DNA of 64,000 bases, taken from NCBI GenBank assembly GCA_964016885.1, contig OZ024759.1:37138001-37202000 (forward strand), read 5' to 3'. The DNA is from Eledone cirrhosa. Lineage: Eukaryota. The notes beneath the pieces were generated by a model, which was not told the origin of the DNA, made no database searches, and saw nothing but the letters and a program-made list of their open reading frames with translations. Shown here piece by piece: positions 43,037 to 60,594 of the stretch (positions are counted from its first letter, which is position 1; each line of letters begins with the position of its first letter). The position numbers and the translations under genes were made by a program.

Positions 43037-44088
43037 AAGTGTGCCTGCTGGCGTGTGTACAGTATAGTATGTATATGAATGTTTACTAAACGTGAGTGCA
43101 GTATAATATGTGCATGTATATATATATATATATATATTTCTCTACTAAAGTGAGTGCAGGATAATAATATAAAAATGTCGCCGTATCTTCATAATCCTTT
43201 CAGCAACATATTTGCTGTTAGCCGCCATTTTATATTTGTTTGCAAAGACTTAAAACATACGAGTCTCGCTATATTGCATACAATACATGCACACACACAC
43301 ACAATACATACACACACACACACAATACATACATACACACACAATACACACGCGCACACACAATACACACGCACACACACAATACCTACACACACACACA
43401 ATACATACACACACACTACAAGCACACACACACACACACACACACACAAAAAAAAACACAGGCAAAAACTCTCATGCAATTATACGGAAAACACACATAT
43501 ACACATACAGACATAAAAACACACACACACACACACACATACACATATACACACACATATACACACACATATACACACACACATAGACACACACATACAC
43601 ATAGTCGTATGAGGTTTGATGGGTTGATAGGAGTTACATCAACTTTACTACTCTAGTCTGTTTTTTGTTTGTGTATATGTGTGTCTGTATGTGTGTGTGT
43701 GTGTGTGTGTGTCTGTATGTGTGTTTGTATGTCTGTATGTATGTGTGTCTGTCTGTATGTGTGTCTGTCTGTATGGCGATTGCGTGTGTGTTTGTGTCTG
43801 TATGTGTGTGTCTGTGTCTGTGTCTATGGATATGTCTGTGTATGTGTCTGTATATGTATGGCGATTGTGTGTGTGTGCGTGCGTCTGTATTAATGTCAGG
43901 TGTCTCTGTGTGTGTGTACCTCCAATATGTTTTATATATATTTATCTTTCGTGTCTAAACATTTGCCCCCCCCCCCTACCCCCTCATCACCCCTCCTCCT
44001 CCTCCCTTCTCATTCTCTGTCTCTATAAACCAAATAATTTGCGAATATAACGAAAATAGATTCCTGCTTGCTTCTGTTCACACACACA

Positions 44089-44143
<55 letters not shown>

Positions 44144-44167
44144 ACATATATATATTCAATAGAATGA

Positions 44168-44330
44168 GAAAAGTCGATTAAATCGACCCCAATGCATTAC
44201 TGGTACTTTATTTTATTGACCTCGTAAGGATGAAAGGTAAAGCTAACCTCAGCGGAATTTGATCTCAGGACGTAAAGGGCAGTAACTCAATGCCACCAAG
44301 CATGCTGTCCAACGCTCTACCGATTCTATA
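44168..44330 (-). mobile_element. SINE family 1 copy
   Basis: attactggtactttattttattgacctcgtaaggatgaaaggtaaagctaacctcagcggaatttgatctcag. Confidence 0.85.
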
Positions 44331-44488
44331 ATAATACTAATAATAATATTTAACATACACAAAAAGCCTACAATTTTCGGAACAAAAGAAACCAAGAAAT
44401 GGAACCAGATGAGTGACAGATCATGTGACTTCTGGCAGATCAAAATACTCTCTCTCTCTCTCTCTATCTATCTCTCTTTCTTTCTCTT

Positions 44489-44523
<35 letters not shown>

Positions 44524-45024
44524 CTCTCTCTCTCTCTCTGTATATATATATGAACGTATATATATGTGTATATATATGTATATATATGAGTGTATATATA
44601 TGTATATATATATGAGTGTATATATATGTATATATATATATGAGTGTATATATATGTATATATATATATGAGTATATATATGTATATATATATGAGTGTA
44701 TATATATGTATATATATATGAGTGTATATATATGTATATATGTATATATATACACGTGTTTGTGTGTGTATATATAGATGTATTGAGGTAAAGTGTAAAT
44801 AAATATGAGTATTTGGAAAGCAACAGTGATTTCTTTCAATGTGGAACCACTAATAGAAGCGGATGTGGGAAAATCCGCTCACTTCCGTTTTCCTGGATTT
44901 GTTCAAGTGTGTACCACGACCAAGGAAACATTTCCACAGATGTGTTCAGGCGAATATAGATGGCGCTCCAACACACACACACACAAACATATATAGACAT
45001 AAACACATGTTCCCATTTATATCA

Positions 45025-45106
<82 letters not shown>

Positions 45107-45112
45107 AGTAGA

Positions 45113-45278
45113 TCCCGAGTTGAGGGGGGGGGGGGGGGGGGTAACCACAGTAAATAAAGTACTCAATGCATGTGTAGAGTGAAGACAGAAGTTTAATAGA
45201 AAAGGCTTCTACAGCACTAGAACTGTTTCATTCGTATGATTCCATACGAATGAGACAGTCCTAGTCCTGTAGAAGTCT
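45113..45278 (-). mobile_element. Fold-back half-hammerhead element, second family
   Basis: 33-bp arms 45206-38 and 45243-75 (30/33); minus strand GAAA-CAG-ttctagtg-CUG-UA-gaagcc, then a tail containing cactctac..cattgagtact. Confidence 0.8.
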
Positions 45279-45291
45279 ATATATATATATA

Positions 45292-45360
<69 letters not shown>

Positions 45361-45525
45361 ATATATATATAGTGAGAGTAAGGAACAATGTTACAATGGT
45401 TCGTATGTTTTCCCAGTATATAAATTGTCACCTGTAAAACTTGAAATGTGAAACCGAATGTTGCGGCGGAACGTAACTTTCACTCTGAACAAACATATTC
45501 ATGTATACAGACTAGCATATGTATA

Positions 45526-45727
<202 letters not shown>

Positions 45728-45812
45728 TGTGTATATATATATACACATATATATATATATATATACACATATATATATATATATATATACACATATATAT
45801 ATATATATATAT

Positions 45813-45855
<43 letters not shown>

Positions 45856-46217
45856 GAACGTAACGTGTTATGAATTATTGTACAAATGTCGAATTACCGG
45901 GGACAGGATGAAGCTGTTTAACGGAATTACCTCCACCTCCACTGCACCCTACACCACCATCACTAGCACACCTCTACCTCCACCACCACACCACCACATC
46001 TCCACCCACACGACACGTCCACCTCCACTGCACCCTACACCACCATCACCACCTCACCTCTACCTCCACCACCACACCACCACATCTCCACCCACACGAC
46101 ACGTCCACCTCCACTGCACCCTACACCACCTCCACCTCCACTACCATCACCACCTCCACTACCATCACCACCTCACCTCCACCTACACCACCACCACATC
46201 ACATTCCCCACACAGAT

Positions 46218-46430
46218 CAGCAGTAATCGGTAGAGCATCAGACCCCATGCTTACAGCATGGTGTTACGGCCCTTTATGTTCTGAGTTTAAATTCCGCCGA
46301 GGTTAACTTTACCTTTCAACCTTACGAGGTAGACAAAACAAAGTACCGGTAATACACTGGGGTCAATTTAATCGATTTCTCCCTCCCCCAAATTACCGGC
46401 CTTGTGCCGAAATCAGAACCTATTATTATT
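46218..46430 (+). mobile_element. SINE family 1 copy, full length with (TAT)n tail
   Basis: cagtaatcggtagagc ... gagtttaaattccgccgaggttaactttacctttc ... ggccttgtgccgaaatcagaacctattattatt. Confidence 0.85.
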
Positions 46431-46923
46431 GGTATTGTTGTTGTTGTTATTAATGTTGTAGTTGTTGTTAATGCCTTTGTTGTTGTTGTTGTTGTTAATG
46501 CCTTTGTTGTTGTTGTAGTTGATGTAGTAGTAGATGTAGATGTAGTTGTAGTAGTAGATGTAGTTGTTGTAGTAGTAGTTGTAGTTGTTGTAGTAGTAGT
46601 AGTAGATGTAGTTGTAGTAGTTGTTGTAGATGGACTTACAAGAGAGTCTGCTATGGAATACTTTAGTGAATCTATAAACAGCTCATGTTCTGCTCCATCA
46701 CATCCTGCAGGGCACAATTAAGGAAATACATACACCCCGCTTATCTCCCTTACTTTGCCTAACCACACACACACACATATAGAACGAGAGAGAGACACAC
46801 ATACATACACACACAGACACTCAGACAGACGCACACTCAGAGATACTCACACACACACATAGCTTACCTCCCTTACTTTTCCTAGCCTGACTCCCTATCT
46901 TTCCTCGTCAATCGCTTTACTCT

Positions 46924-46955
<32 letters not shown>

Positions 46956-47059
46956 TTTTCCCTATCTAACTCTATCTCTCCTCACACTTCTCCTCACATT
47001 TATTGAGAGATGATGGGACGGAATGTAATAGAAATATATACAGGTCCATAGAAACATGG

Positions 47060-47198
<139 letters not shown>

Positions 47199-47426
47199 AT
47201 ATATATGTGTGTGTGTATATATATATGTGTGTGTGTATATATATATGTGTGTGTGTATATATATATATGTGTGTGTGTATATATATATGTGTGTGTATAT
47301 ATATATATATGTGTGTATATATATATATGTGTGTATATATATATGTGTGTATATATAGTCATACAATACATGTTCGTATACTCATCTATATACTCATGTA
47401 AGTATACATGTATGTTTTCTCATGTT

Positions 47427-47475
<49 letters not shown>

Positions 47476-48104
47476 GTGTGTGTGTGTTCATTTATGTATA
47501 TTCAAGTGTATATATACATGTAGAAAGGTGTTAAGGCTAAGTGATGGAAACAAAAAAATAAATTGATAAAAGGACACAATACATCTAGTAGAATCAAATT
47601 AATTCGTGCACATATACATATACACATACACATACATATACATATACACATACATATACATATACACATACATATACATGTACACATATAAATATACATG
47701 TACATATACATATGCACATCCATATATATATACACATACATATATATATATATATATATTTAGAGAGAGAGGGGGGGGGGGAGAAAGAGAATGAGTGACA
47801 GATAGGTATATAGAGAGGAAGACGCGAGAGAAAACAAAACACTGAGCGAAAGAAAGAATGAATGAGAGAACTAGAGAGAGAGGGGGGTATATTGAGAGAG
47901 AGGGGTGGTGGGAGAGGGTGGGGAAATAAGTGCTTATTTGATAACTAGAGTGTTAACCAATAGATAACCAGGAAGATTTAGTTTAATCCGAAAGTAAATC
48001 CGGTCTTGGAGAGATAAACGGAATCACTCGTGCCAAAGATAATCTCGGAATTTGCCACCAGCCACTAATGAAAGGAACATTATAAATACTAACATCACAT
48101 GTGA

Positions 48105-49150
48105 CAACAACAACAACAGTAACAGTAACAACAACAGTAACAACAACAACGACGACAGTAACAACAACAGTAACAGTAACAACGACAGTAACAGTAACAA
48201 CAACAACAGTAACAACAGTAACAACAACGACATAACAGCAACATCATCATCAAATGCGACAACAATAAAGACAGTAACAACAATGACAGCAACAACAACA
48301 ATGACAACCGGAACAGTAACAACCACAACGACAGTAACAACTGTAAAAACAATAACAACCACAACACTAACAACCACAACAGTAACAACCACAACAGTAA
48401 CAACCACAACACTAACAACCACAACACTAACAACCACAACACTAACAACCACAACACTAACAACCACAACACTAACAACCACAACACTAACAACCACAAC
48501 ACTAACAACCACAACACTAACAACCACAACACTAACAACCACAACAGTAACAACACTAACAACCACAACAGTAACAACCACAACACTAACAACCACAACA
48601 GTAACAACCACAACAGTAACAACCACAACACTAACAACCACAACAGTAACAACCACAACAGTAACAACCACAACACTAACAACCACAACACTAACAACCA
48701 CAACAGTAACAACCACAACACTAACAACCACAACACTAACAACACTAACAACCACAACACTAACAACCACAACACTAACAACCACAACACTAACAACCAC
48801 AACACTAACAACCACAACACTAACAACCACAACACTAACAACCACAACACTAACAACCACAACACTAACAACCACAACACTAACAACCACAACACTAACA
48901 ACCACAACACTAACAACCACAACACTAACAACCACAACACTAACAACCACAACACTAACAACCACAACACTAACAACCACAACACTAACAACCACAACAC
49001 TAACAACCACAACACTAACAACCACAACACTAACAACCACAACAGTAACAGCCACAACAGTAACAGCCACAACAACCACAACACTAACAACAACCACAAC
49101 AGTAACAACAACCACAACAGTAACAACCACAACAACAACAGTAACAACAG
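48105..49150. repeat. 15-bp minisatellite (ctaacaaccacaaca / gtaacaaccacaaca), about 45 copies, within an AAC-rich tract
   Basis: Direct reading; homogeneous core ~48355-49050. Confidence 0.96.
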
Positions 49151-49697
49151 CAAAAACACCAACATCAAAAATTATAACAACCACAAACCAAACCCAAAAC
49201 AGTTTAAAATTAACTTCTTACGACAGCCCGGAAATGAAAGGCTCCCTATAGAAATCCCTTTTAAGGGACCTCATAAGTATATTTACATTAATGTATTTAT
49301 CAATTCTCTGTACCCTATATTATTTATTATACGAAAAGCAACCAAAAACCCACAACGTCAACGAAATCAATAAAAGAAACATGGCGCCCAGTTTAAAATT
49401 AACTGTATACCGCATCAAGCAAATTAAGGGGCTCTTTAAACTCCATTTATATTTACTTATTTATTTAGCAATTGATTTATTTCATTATTTATATGTGTCT
49501 TTTATTTTATTTATTTAGTTAGTTCTTATCTTTAATTTGTTTTTGGTTTTTTTTGTTGTGTTTCGGGTCTTTTTTTTTTTTTATTTTTCATTTTTCATTT
49601 TTCAAAGGTTTCCCCCTTAAGGAGTGATCTTTGTCTGATAAACACATCACTGATTAAAAAAAAAACTCTCTCTATGGTCCCTACCCCACCAACAACA

Positions 49698-49729
<32 letters not shown>

Positions 49730-49849
49730 ACATGCCGCTTTTTATCCCAGTATATATACATATAGTTTTTGAAGTGTTTATTTTATTCATTTATTTCTCC
49801 ATTTTGTCAAACTTGAGATCATTCCGTCATCCTCCAGTAGGTTTATAAT

Positions 49850-50033
49850 GGATTCTGATTTAGGCACAAGGCCAGCAATTTAGAGGAAGGGGAGAGTCGA
49901 TTAAATCAACTCCAGTATGTTACTGGTACTTTATATATCGACCCCGTAAGGATGAAAGGCAAAGCTAACCTCGGCGGGATTTGAACTCAGAATGTCAATA
50001 TGCTGCAAAGCTTTTTGTCCGACACTCTACCGA
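49850..50033 (-). mobile_element. SINE family 1 copy
   Basis: ggcacaaggccagcaatt ... tcgaccccgtaaggatgaaaggcaaagctaacctcggcgggatttgaactcag. Confidence 0.88.
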
Positions 50034-51134
50034 GGGAAAAGAAAGAAAGAAAGAAAGAAAGAAAGGTCTAAAAGTGAAATAAAAGTAAAATAAAGGGTGT
50101 TGTGTGGTGTTTGTATTGTATTGTGTTGTGTGGTGTTTGTATTGTGTTGTGTGGTGTTTGTATTGTGTTGTGTGGTGTTTGTATTGACTGCCAAGGTCTC
50201 TGGGTCGGACATTGGAAGGATAGCTTAATAGTAGCAATAATATCTAGTAAGGGGTGGTGGGTTGTCTGGCAGAGTGAGGGGAGGAGGAGACAGTGAGAGG
50301 GGGTGGAAGGAGAGACAGATAGAGAGAGAGAGGTGGGAGGAGAGAGGGTGACCATGTGGTGTTTGTCTGCCAGAGAGAGAGAGAGAAGAGGAGAGATAGA
50401 TAGAGAGGGGGGAGAAAGGAAAGACAGATAGAAAGAGAGAGGTGGGAAGAGAGACAGATAGAGAGAGAGGTGACCATGTTCCCTAAGGCCTCTTCATGGA
50501 GTATTTGGTGGCCAGTAAGGGGTGGGGGTGGGGGTTAGATGTTTCGGAGGTTTGGGGGAGGGCTTGAGGAATTGGATGTTCGAGATGTCTGTGAGGGTGG
50601 TTGTGTAAGTTTGTGTGTGGGGTAGTGTTTGAGTTGTGTGGGGTGGAATGGTGTTAATAAACGCGTCGAATTCAAACAAAAATAAGTCGTCGGTAAAGTC
50701 GGTAGAGCCATTAAAATTTGTGTAAAATTTTGCATACGTTAAATAGACAGAGATAGAGAGGAGGAAATATAGACAGAGAGAGGGGGTAGGGGGAGATAGA
50801 CATAGATAGGGAGAGGTAGACAGAGAGAGAAAAATATATGGAGAAGGAGAGGTAGACAGATATATATATAAAGAGAGAGGGAGAGGTTGACGGAAATAGA
50901 GTATGGATCTTCCTCATCAGCCAGCTCTGAACAATACAATTTCGTGACTAAGTGCATCGGATGACGTCAAGGCTGCACATCGACCTGGATAGGCAGCTGG
51001 GAAGATGTAGAGGGGATAATACAACATAAAGACAGACAAAATGGAGAAGTGTCACTGGACTAGAAAGGCAAAGCCAGTAGATAAACATACATTAATTAAA
51101 TAACATTACATGACCTGGACCAGGACGAGAGACT

Positions 51135-53884
<2,750 letters not shown>

Positions 53885-53985
53885 AAAGAGTGAAGAATAA
53901 CGTGGTCAGCTGTACAATAGGGTTTATTTAAAGTATTAACAATTGTTTCATTAGTCAGGTGTAGAGTACTTATACGATACCTTAT

Positions 53986-54021
<36 letters not shown>

Positions 54022-54178
54022 GGTATGTGAAGGGGTGTGGGTGTTTGCTTGTAAATATATATACGTATACACAAACTGCTATTTGTGGTACACATGTACA
54101 TATACATCTACGTATGTACGCATTCACAATATACTACCATCTCAAATACGTATATATACATATACACACACTCATATC

Positions 54179-54236
<58 letters not shown>

Positions 54237-54461
54237 TGTGTATATATACATATAGATATATATATTTGTGTGTGTATGTTGTTTATATACATACATGCAT
54301 ATGCATTTGTGTGTGTGTGTGTGTATATATGCATATGTGTGTGTGCATATCTATATATAAATATATATATATATATATATGTATGTGTGTTGTGTATATA
54401 TACATATAGATATATATATTTGTGTGTGTATGTTGTGTATATACATACATGTATATGCATA

Positions 54462-54492
<31 letters not shown>

Positions 54493-55641
54493 GTGTGTGT
54501 GTGCATATATATATATATGTGTGTGTGTATACATGTGTGTGTGTATGTACGTATAAACATATCCAACAATTCTGAGCGAATTGCTGTGGTTGTTGTTGTT
54601 GTTGTTGTTATACAGTACAGAACATTACAGGACATGGAATGCAATGCCTGCAGCCACTGCAGTCACTGCAGTGGCTGCATCGAGTCGATAGCAACATCAT
54701 CACCATCACCATCAGAATTAGTAGTAGCAATGGCGGCCAACACATTTTTGCTCGCTTTTCGTCGGTCGGCATTAAACGAGAGCAGATTTCCCTGGGGAGA
54801 GCGCCAGGTCTTGTAGTGGTGCATGTTTTCACCAAACACCTAAGCTAATCAGACCACCATGGCTGTTTCTTGCCAACTTTCACTCTTTTACTTCTTCATC
54901 TTCTTCGTCTTAACCCCCTCCTCCATCACCACCACCACCGCCATTGCCAACACCGTCGTTCTCCACCAACACTAATGCCTTCTTCATTTCACCTCCTCAT
55001 CCTCATCCCCCTTCTCTATTTCTTTGATCATCACAACCACAGCAATCACCATCACCTACACCTCCACCATTGCCATCACCGACACCTTCGTCACCATCAT
55101 TACCACCACCATCGCCACCATCACCATCTCCACCACATCCAACGAATGAACATCACCAACATCGCCACAACCACCGCTTCCATCGCAATCGCCAACGCCA
55201 TCTCCTTCATCGCTATACTATCACTAACCATCACCATCATCACCACCACCATCATCATCATTACTACCATCACCATCATCATCGCTATCACCAATCACCA
55301 ATACATCATCATCATCACTAACAACTATAACATCAGTAGTAGCAGTAGCAGCTGTTGTAGTACCAACAGTAGTAATACTAACATCTTAACCCCCGCCACC
55401 ACCATTATCATCATAACTAACACCATCATCATTATCAGCATCTTAACTACCACCACCATCATCATAACTATATCTACCATAACCACCACCACCACCACAA
55501 CAACAATAACAACAACGACCTTCGCCGCCATCATTATCAACATCAACTCATGATCCGCCATTTTCCCCTCTCTTCTTTCAAAGCCGCCATTTTTTTGTTT
55601 CTATTTATTTACTTTTCATTTCTTTAGCTTTTATATCTCTC

Positions 55642-55685
<44 letters not shown>

Positions 55686-55723
55686 TTGACGGACCCACCA
55701 TATTTATCAATGTCAGTACCGGT

Positions 55724-55766
<43 letters not shown>

Positions 55767-55811
55767 TATATACATACATAGTGAGAGATAGGGTGTGGTA
55801 AAAAAAAAACA

Positions 55812-55870
55812 GGTAGACTATAACGCTCCAGAGTACTCAATACTTGGGTAGTAGAGTGGGGTCCTGAATC
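55812..55870 (-). mobile_element. Tail fragment of the fold-back half-hammerhead family
   Basis: gactataacgctccagagtactcaatacttgggtagtagagtggg matches 39759-39804. Confidence 0.75.
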
Positions 55871-56002
55871 TCTTTATATATATATATATATATAAAATCA
55901 CTCTCACATATATATTTAACTGTCACAAACTCTCTCTCTCTTTCTTTCACACCAACACAAAAAAAGTGAAGAAACTGACTAAGAAGTGAAAAGAGAGACA
56001 GA

Positions 56003-56185
56003 CAGACAGACAAGGTGACCAACAGACAAGGTGACCAACAGACAAGGTGACCAACAGACAAGGTGACCAACAGACAAGGTGACCAACAGACAAGGTGACC
56101 AACAGACAGAGTAGGTGACCAACAGACAGACAAGGTGGCCAACAGACAGAGTAGGTGACCAACAGACAGACAGACAAGGTGACAG
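56003..56185. repeat. 16-20 bp minisatellite (caaggtgaccaacaga)
   Basis: About 9 copies. Confidence 0.92.
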
Positions 56186-56721
56186 AGAGAGAGAGTTTGA
56201 CCGTGATATCCAAGAAATGTTATTGTTCCTCTCTCACCTCCATCCATTCTTTTCATCCTTCTCTTCCTTTCTCCTACCGTGACCTCCTGCCATAAGTCCA
56301 TTCCTACCGTGACCTACTCTCCTGCTATACCCTCTCCCTGCCACTCCTTCTGTCACCTTCACACCTCTCACTCCACTCTCTCTCCACTTATGTAATGATC
56401 GTTCTTGAGATATACAGCAAGATGGAGGTGTCGCCACCTGTACTCTGTTTCACTTCCTGTTTCACACAAAATCCTTATCTCCGGTGGTGGTGGTGGGGGT
56501 TGTGATGTAATGACGATGGCTGTGGTGGTAGTGGTAGTGGCGCTGGTTGTGATGATGATGGTGGTGATGACGATAATGATGATGATGATGACGATAATAA
56601 TGATAATGATGATGATGATGATGACATTGTGTGTCCTATTGTTGATGACCATTTCCGAACTTTTTTATCGTTCGTTCCACTTCTTTGATTGTCTCAGATT
56701 ATATATATATATACATACATG

Positions 56722-56792
<71 letters not shown>

Positions 56793-56815
56793 GCATGCAT
56801 ACATACATACATACA

Positions 56816-56848
<33 letters not shown>

Positions 56849-56878
56849 GTATATATATATATATATATACACACATAC

Positions 56879-56924
<46 letters not shown>

Positions 56925-57062
56925 ATATATACACACATATATAAATATATATATATACACATATATATATACACACACTTATATATGTATGTATGTATAT
57001 ATGTGTGCGTGTGCGGTCGGGTTATAGCTCTCATAGAAATAAAAATTGAATGAAATACGATT

Positions 57063-57093
<31 letters not shown>

Positions 57094-57467
57094 CAAACAT
57101 ACATATTTACATGCATATACACACACATAAACATACATAAAATAAACCATCATGAAACAACAAACAAGTAGAAAAAAGTGAAAAAAAAAATACTAAAACT
57201 GAAAAACAAAATATTTATACAATTAAACAAAAAAAAAAAGCCGCCATGATGTTTAGACTGGAATGAAAAAAAATGGATTTTTTTTTGTATTGTGAAAAGT
57301 TGATGGCCTCTTCTGGCATTGGTGACCAGTTTTAATGATAGTAAATAAGTGAAGGGTGTGAGAGGATATGGTGGGTGTAGTAAGGGCTGTTAAGGTGATA
57401 GGATCTTTTCATTTCCGATTGGGCAGCCCTGTGTAATATACCACTAACAGATTGATTTTATACTAAC

Positions 57468-57558
<91 letters not shown>

Positions 57559-57585
57559 CAGAAAAGAAGCAGTAAAAAACCAGTT

Positions 57586-57634
57586 AGACCATTACTCACC
57601 AGAGTACTTGATACTTGGGGTAGTAGTCGTGGTA

Positions 57635-57635
<1 letters not shown>
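57586..57635 (-). mobile_element. Tail fragment of the fold-back half-hammerhead family
   Basis: gaccattactcaccagagtacttgatacttggggtagtag resembles 39759-39798. Confidence 0.65.
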
Positions 57636-57665
<30 letters not shown>

Positions 57666-58113
57666 TATGTGTGTGTGTCTATAGTTATATATATATGTGT
57701 GTGTCTATAGTTATATATGTATGTGTGTTTGTGTAGTCTTATATATATATGTATGTGTGTTTGTGTGTATGAGTATGTATACGTGTGTGTGTATGAGTAT
57801 GTATACGTGAGTTAGTGTGCATGTCCCTTCAGAGACAGACATAGAGCTCTGATCCCACCGAGGTCAACTTCGCCTTACATTCTTGCATGATTCATCAGAC
57901 ATATACCAGTAACCTACCCGGGGTAGATATAACTGGACACAAGCTACTACATAGCCACTCGATCTGTTAGTAAAAACAACCACATTTCCCTTGTATCTTA
58001 AAAACGGAGGACACATTAGATAGTGTACACCTAGGTACACTATGGCTGTTTGTAAAAAGCCTTGGCCGTCTCCCAAATCTTTCTATTTCTTTTTTTTTTA
58101 ATTCCTTATTCTT

Positions 58114-58149
58114 TCTTCTGATGAAGGACTAGCATCCGAAACGTTAAGA
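58114..58149 (+). ncRNA. Minimal type I hammerhead ribozyme of the Penelope-like type
   Basis: tctt CUGAUGA a gga-ctagca-tcc GAAA CG UU aaga: 4-bp stem I, 3-bp stem II, palindromic ACGU in place of stem III, GUU cleavage after 58145. Confidence 0.75.
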
Positions 58150-58269
58150 CTATTTTCCTGTTATATCAAGCGTAAAACTAATAATATATTTGTTCATTGT
58201 ACTGTGTCGTTAGATTCGACACACACAGACACAGATATATATATATAAATATATATATATATGTGACAC

Positions 58270-58329
<60 letters not shown>

Positions 58330-58490
58330 TGTGTGTAAATGTGTGTGTGTGTGGATGTGCGCACGTGTGTGTTTTTGGGTGTACATGCAATATATATACT
58401 ATCCTATGCAATGTCCGGCTGCTGGCTGAGTTGATTGACATATATACATATATATATATACTTACACACATATATATATGTATGTGTGTG

Positions 58491-58530
<40 letters not shown>

Positions 58531-58769
58531 CAAGGCCAATACAAGGTGTCTATAAGTTCGGCCGTGTACAAAACATGATGAATGGTGGAAAGACATCAGA
58601 TTAAGTGACTGGTGGAGTTGAAGCGAAAGAATTAATCTTTGTTCCAGCATTCCTTAGGGACAATGCTACACCTCGCTTAAAAGACTATCCGAGAATACAA
58701 AATATCTTCGACTCACTTCTACAAGCACAACCTATCTAATTCTCTTCCATTCATTTTCGTCTTATACGC

Positions 58770-58935
58770 CGTCTTCTTCTCCTCTTCTTCTCCCTTCTTC
58801 TTCTTTTTTCTTTTTCTTCTTCTTTTTCCTCTTTCTTTTTCTTCTTCTTCTCCACTTCTTCTCCACTTCTTCTTTCTTCTCCACTTCTTCTTCTTCTTCT
58901 CCACTTTTTCTTCTTCTTCTTCTTCTTCTTCTTCA
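58770..58935. repeat. (TTC)n polypyrimidine tract
   Basis: Direct reading. Confidence 0.93.
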
Positions 58936-59730
58936 CCACCATCACCTCCAACAGGCAACATCAAACAATGCCACCACCACCACCCACTCTGGCATTCCCT
59001 CAAAATCTAACGTACGGCCGCCATGTCGCAATTCTCAGCTCTGCTCCATCGGTCGCTCCGCCATTTTTATTATATACTTCAAATAACAAAAACAACCACA
59101 ATATCCACAAAAACAACTAGAGCAACAACAACAACGGCAGTGGCAATAACCACAACTAGAGCAGCGTAGTAGCAACAGCAACAACAACAATAAAAACAAC
59201 AGCAACATGAACAACTACAATAACGACAAGAACAACTGCAACAACAATAACAACTAGGGCAGCTCAGCAGCAACAACAAAAACGCCATAACATCTAGTGC
59301 AAACACAGCTACAATAACATCAGCAACAATAACTATAACAACAACAGCAACAATAACTATAACAGCAACAACAACAGTAACAGGAGCCACCAATAGCAAA
59401 CAGCAAGAACATCAATAAAAAGCTGTAGTCCACCACAACAACAACAGCAACACAACAGCAGCAGCAACAACAACAACAACAACAGCAGCAGCAACAGCAC
59501 CAATATCATTTTGTGACATAGGAATCCCAGCTTTCTTTTGCCATTCTTTTCAGACGTAATTACAATGATGTACATATAGTGACAGAATCAAACCAGCATA
59601 TGTATCTCTTTATATATATATATGTGTATATATAGACACACGTGTGTGTGTATATATATATAATATATATATATATGTGTATGTATATATGTGTGTGTGT
59701 GTGTATGTGCATATATATATATATATGTGT

Positions 59731-59771
<41 letters not shown>

Positions 59772-59831
59772 TGTAAATATATATATATATATATATATAC
59801 GTGTGTATGTATTTTACAAGTGTGTGTGTAC

Positions 59832-59862
<31 letters not shown>

Positions 59863-60594
59863 CTATACGTGTGTATGTGTGTACATATATATATGTGTGT
59901 GTGTGTATTTATATGTATATAAATCAATCTCGTTGGTCACTCAATTAGGACAGAATCTCCCCCCACTCTCCCTCACACTCCCTCTCTCACACACACCCTC
60001 TCCCTCTCTTTCTCTCTGTCTTATTCAGACCTCTGCTACTTCAGAACCAAGTCTTCATGTTAAACACCACCACCACCATTGCTGCTGTCTCTATTCCCCA
60101 CCACCACTATCACTGACATCACCACCACCACCATCACCATTCCACCCCACCGCCTCTGACACCACCACCACCACCACCACCACTCCACATCACCACCATC
60201 ACCGACACCAAATTGTGAATGAGTCCTCATGAGAGGGAAGAGAGAGAGAGAGTGAGAGAGGGGGGGGGAGAGTTTGACTTGATTGCAAGAAACTATAGAT
60301 AAAGACCATCAGAAAGGAATGCCACACGTGGTGGTCACAGTTGGAACGACTGGAGCACAAATAGAGAACCAATATACTGATAGATAATAATCAATATATA
60401 GCGATAGATATCAACATATAGTGATAGATAATATATATATATATAGTGATAGATAATAATCGATATATAGTGATTGATAATAATCGATATATAGTGATAG
60501 ATAATCGATATATAGTGATAGACAATAATCAATAATGGATAAAATAAAATACCAGTTAAGTCCCAGGTCGATTATCGATTTTCCATTCTCCCAA

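Noticed and set aside
48052-49251. 399-aa Thr-rich mucin-like ORF
   Set aside because: Product of a 15-bp minisatellite that is also open in two minus frames; non-ATG start, no signal peptide or convincing exon boundaries.
50900-50975. Minus-strand CUGAUGA followed by a ggaa..ttcc stem
   Set aside because: No GAAA after the stem; not a hammerhead. The same applies to ctgatga at 29614 and the minus-strand one near 57892.
58539-58700. TA-caaggtgtc start resembling a Tc1/mariner TIR (also TA-cagtaatcc at 21510)
   Set aside because: No partner inverted repeat or transposase motif found.
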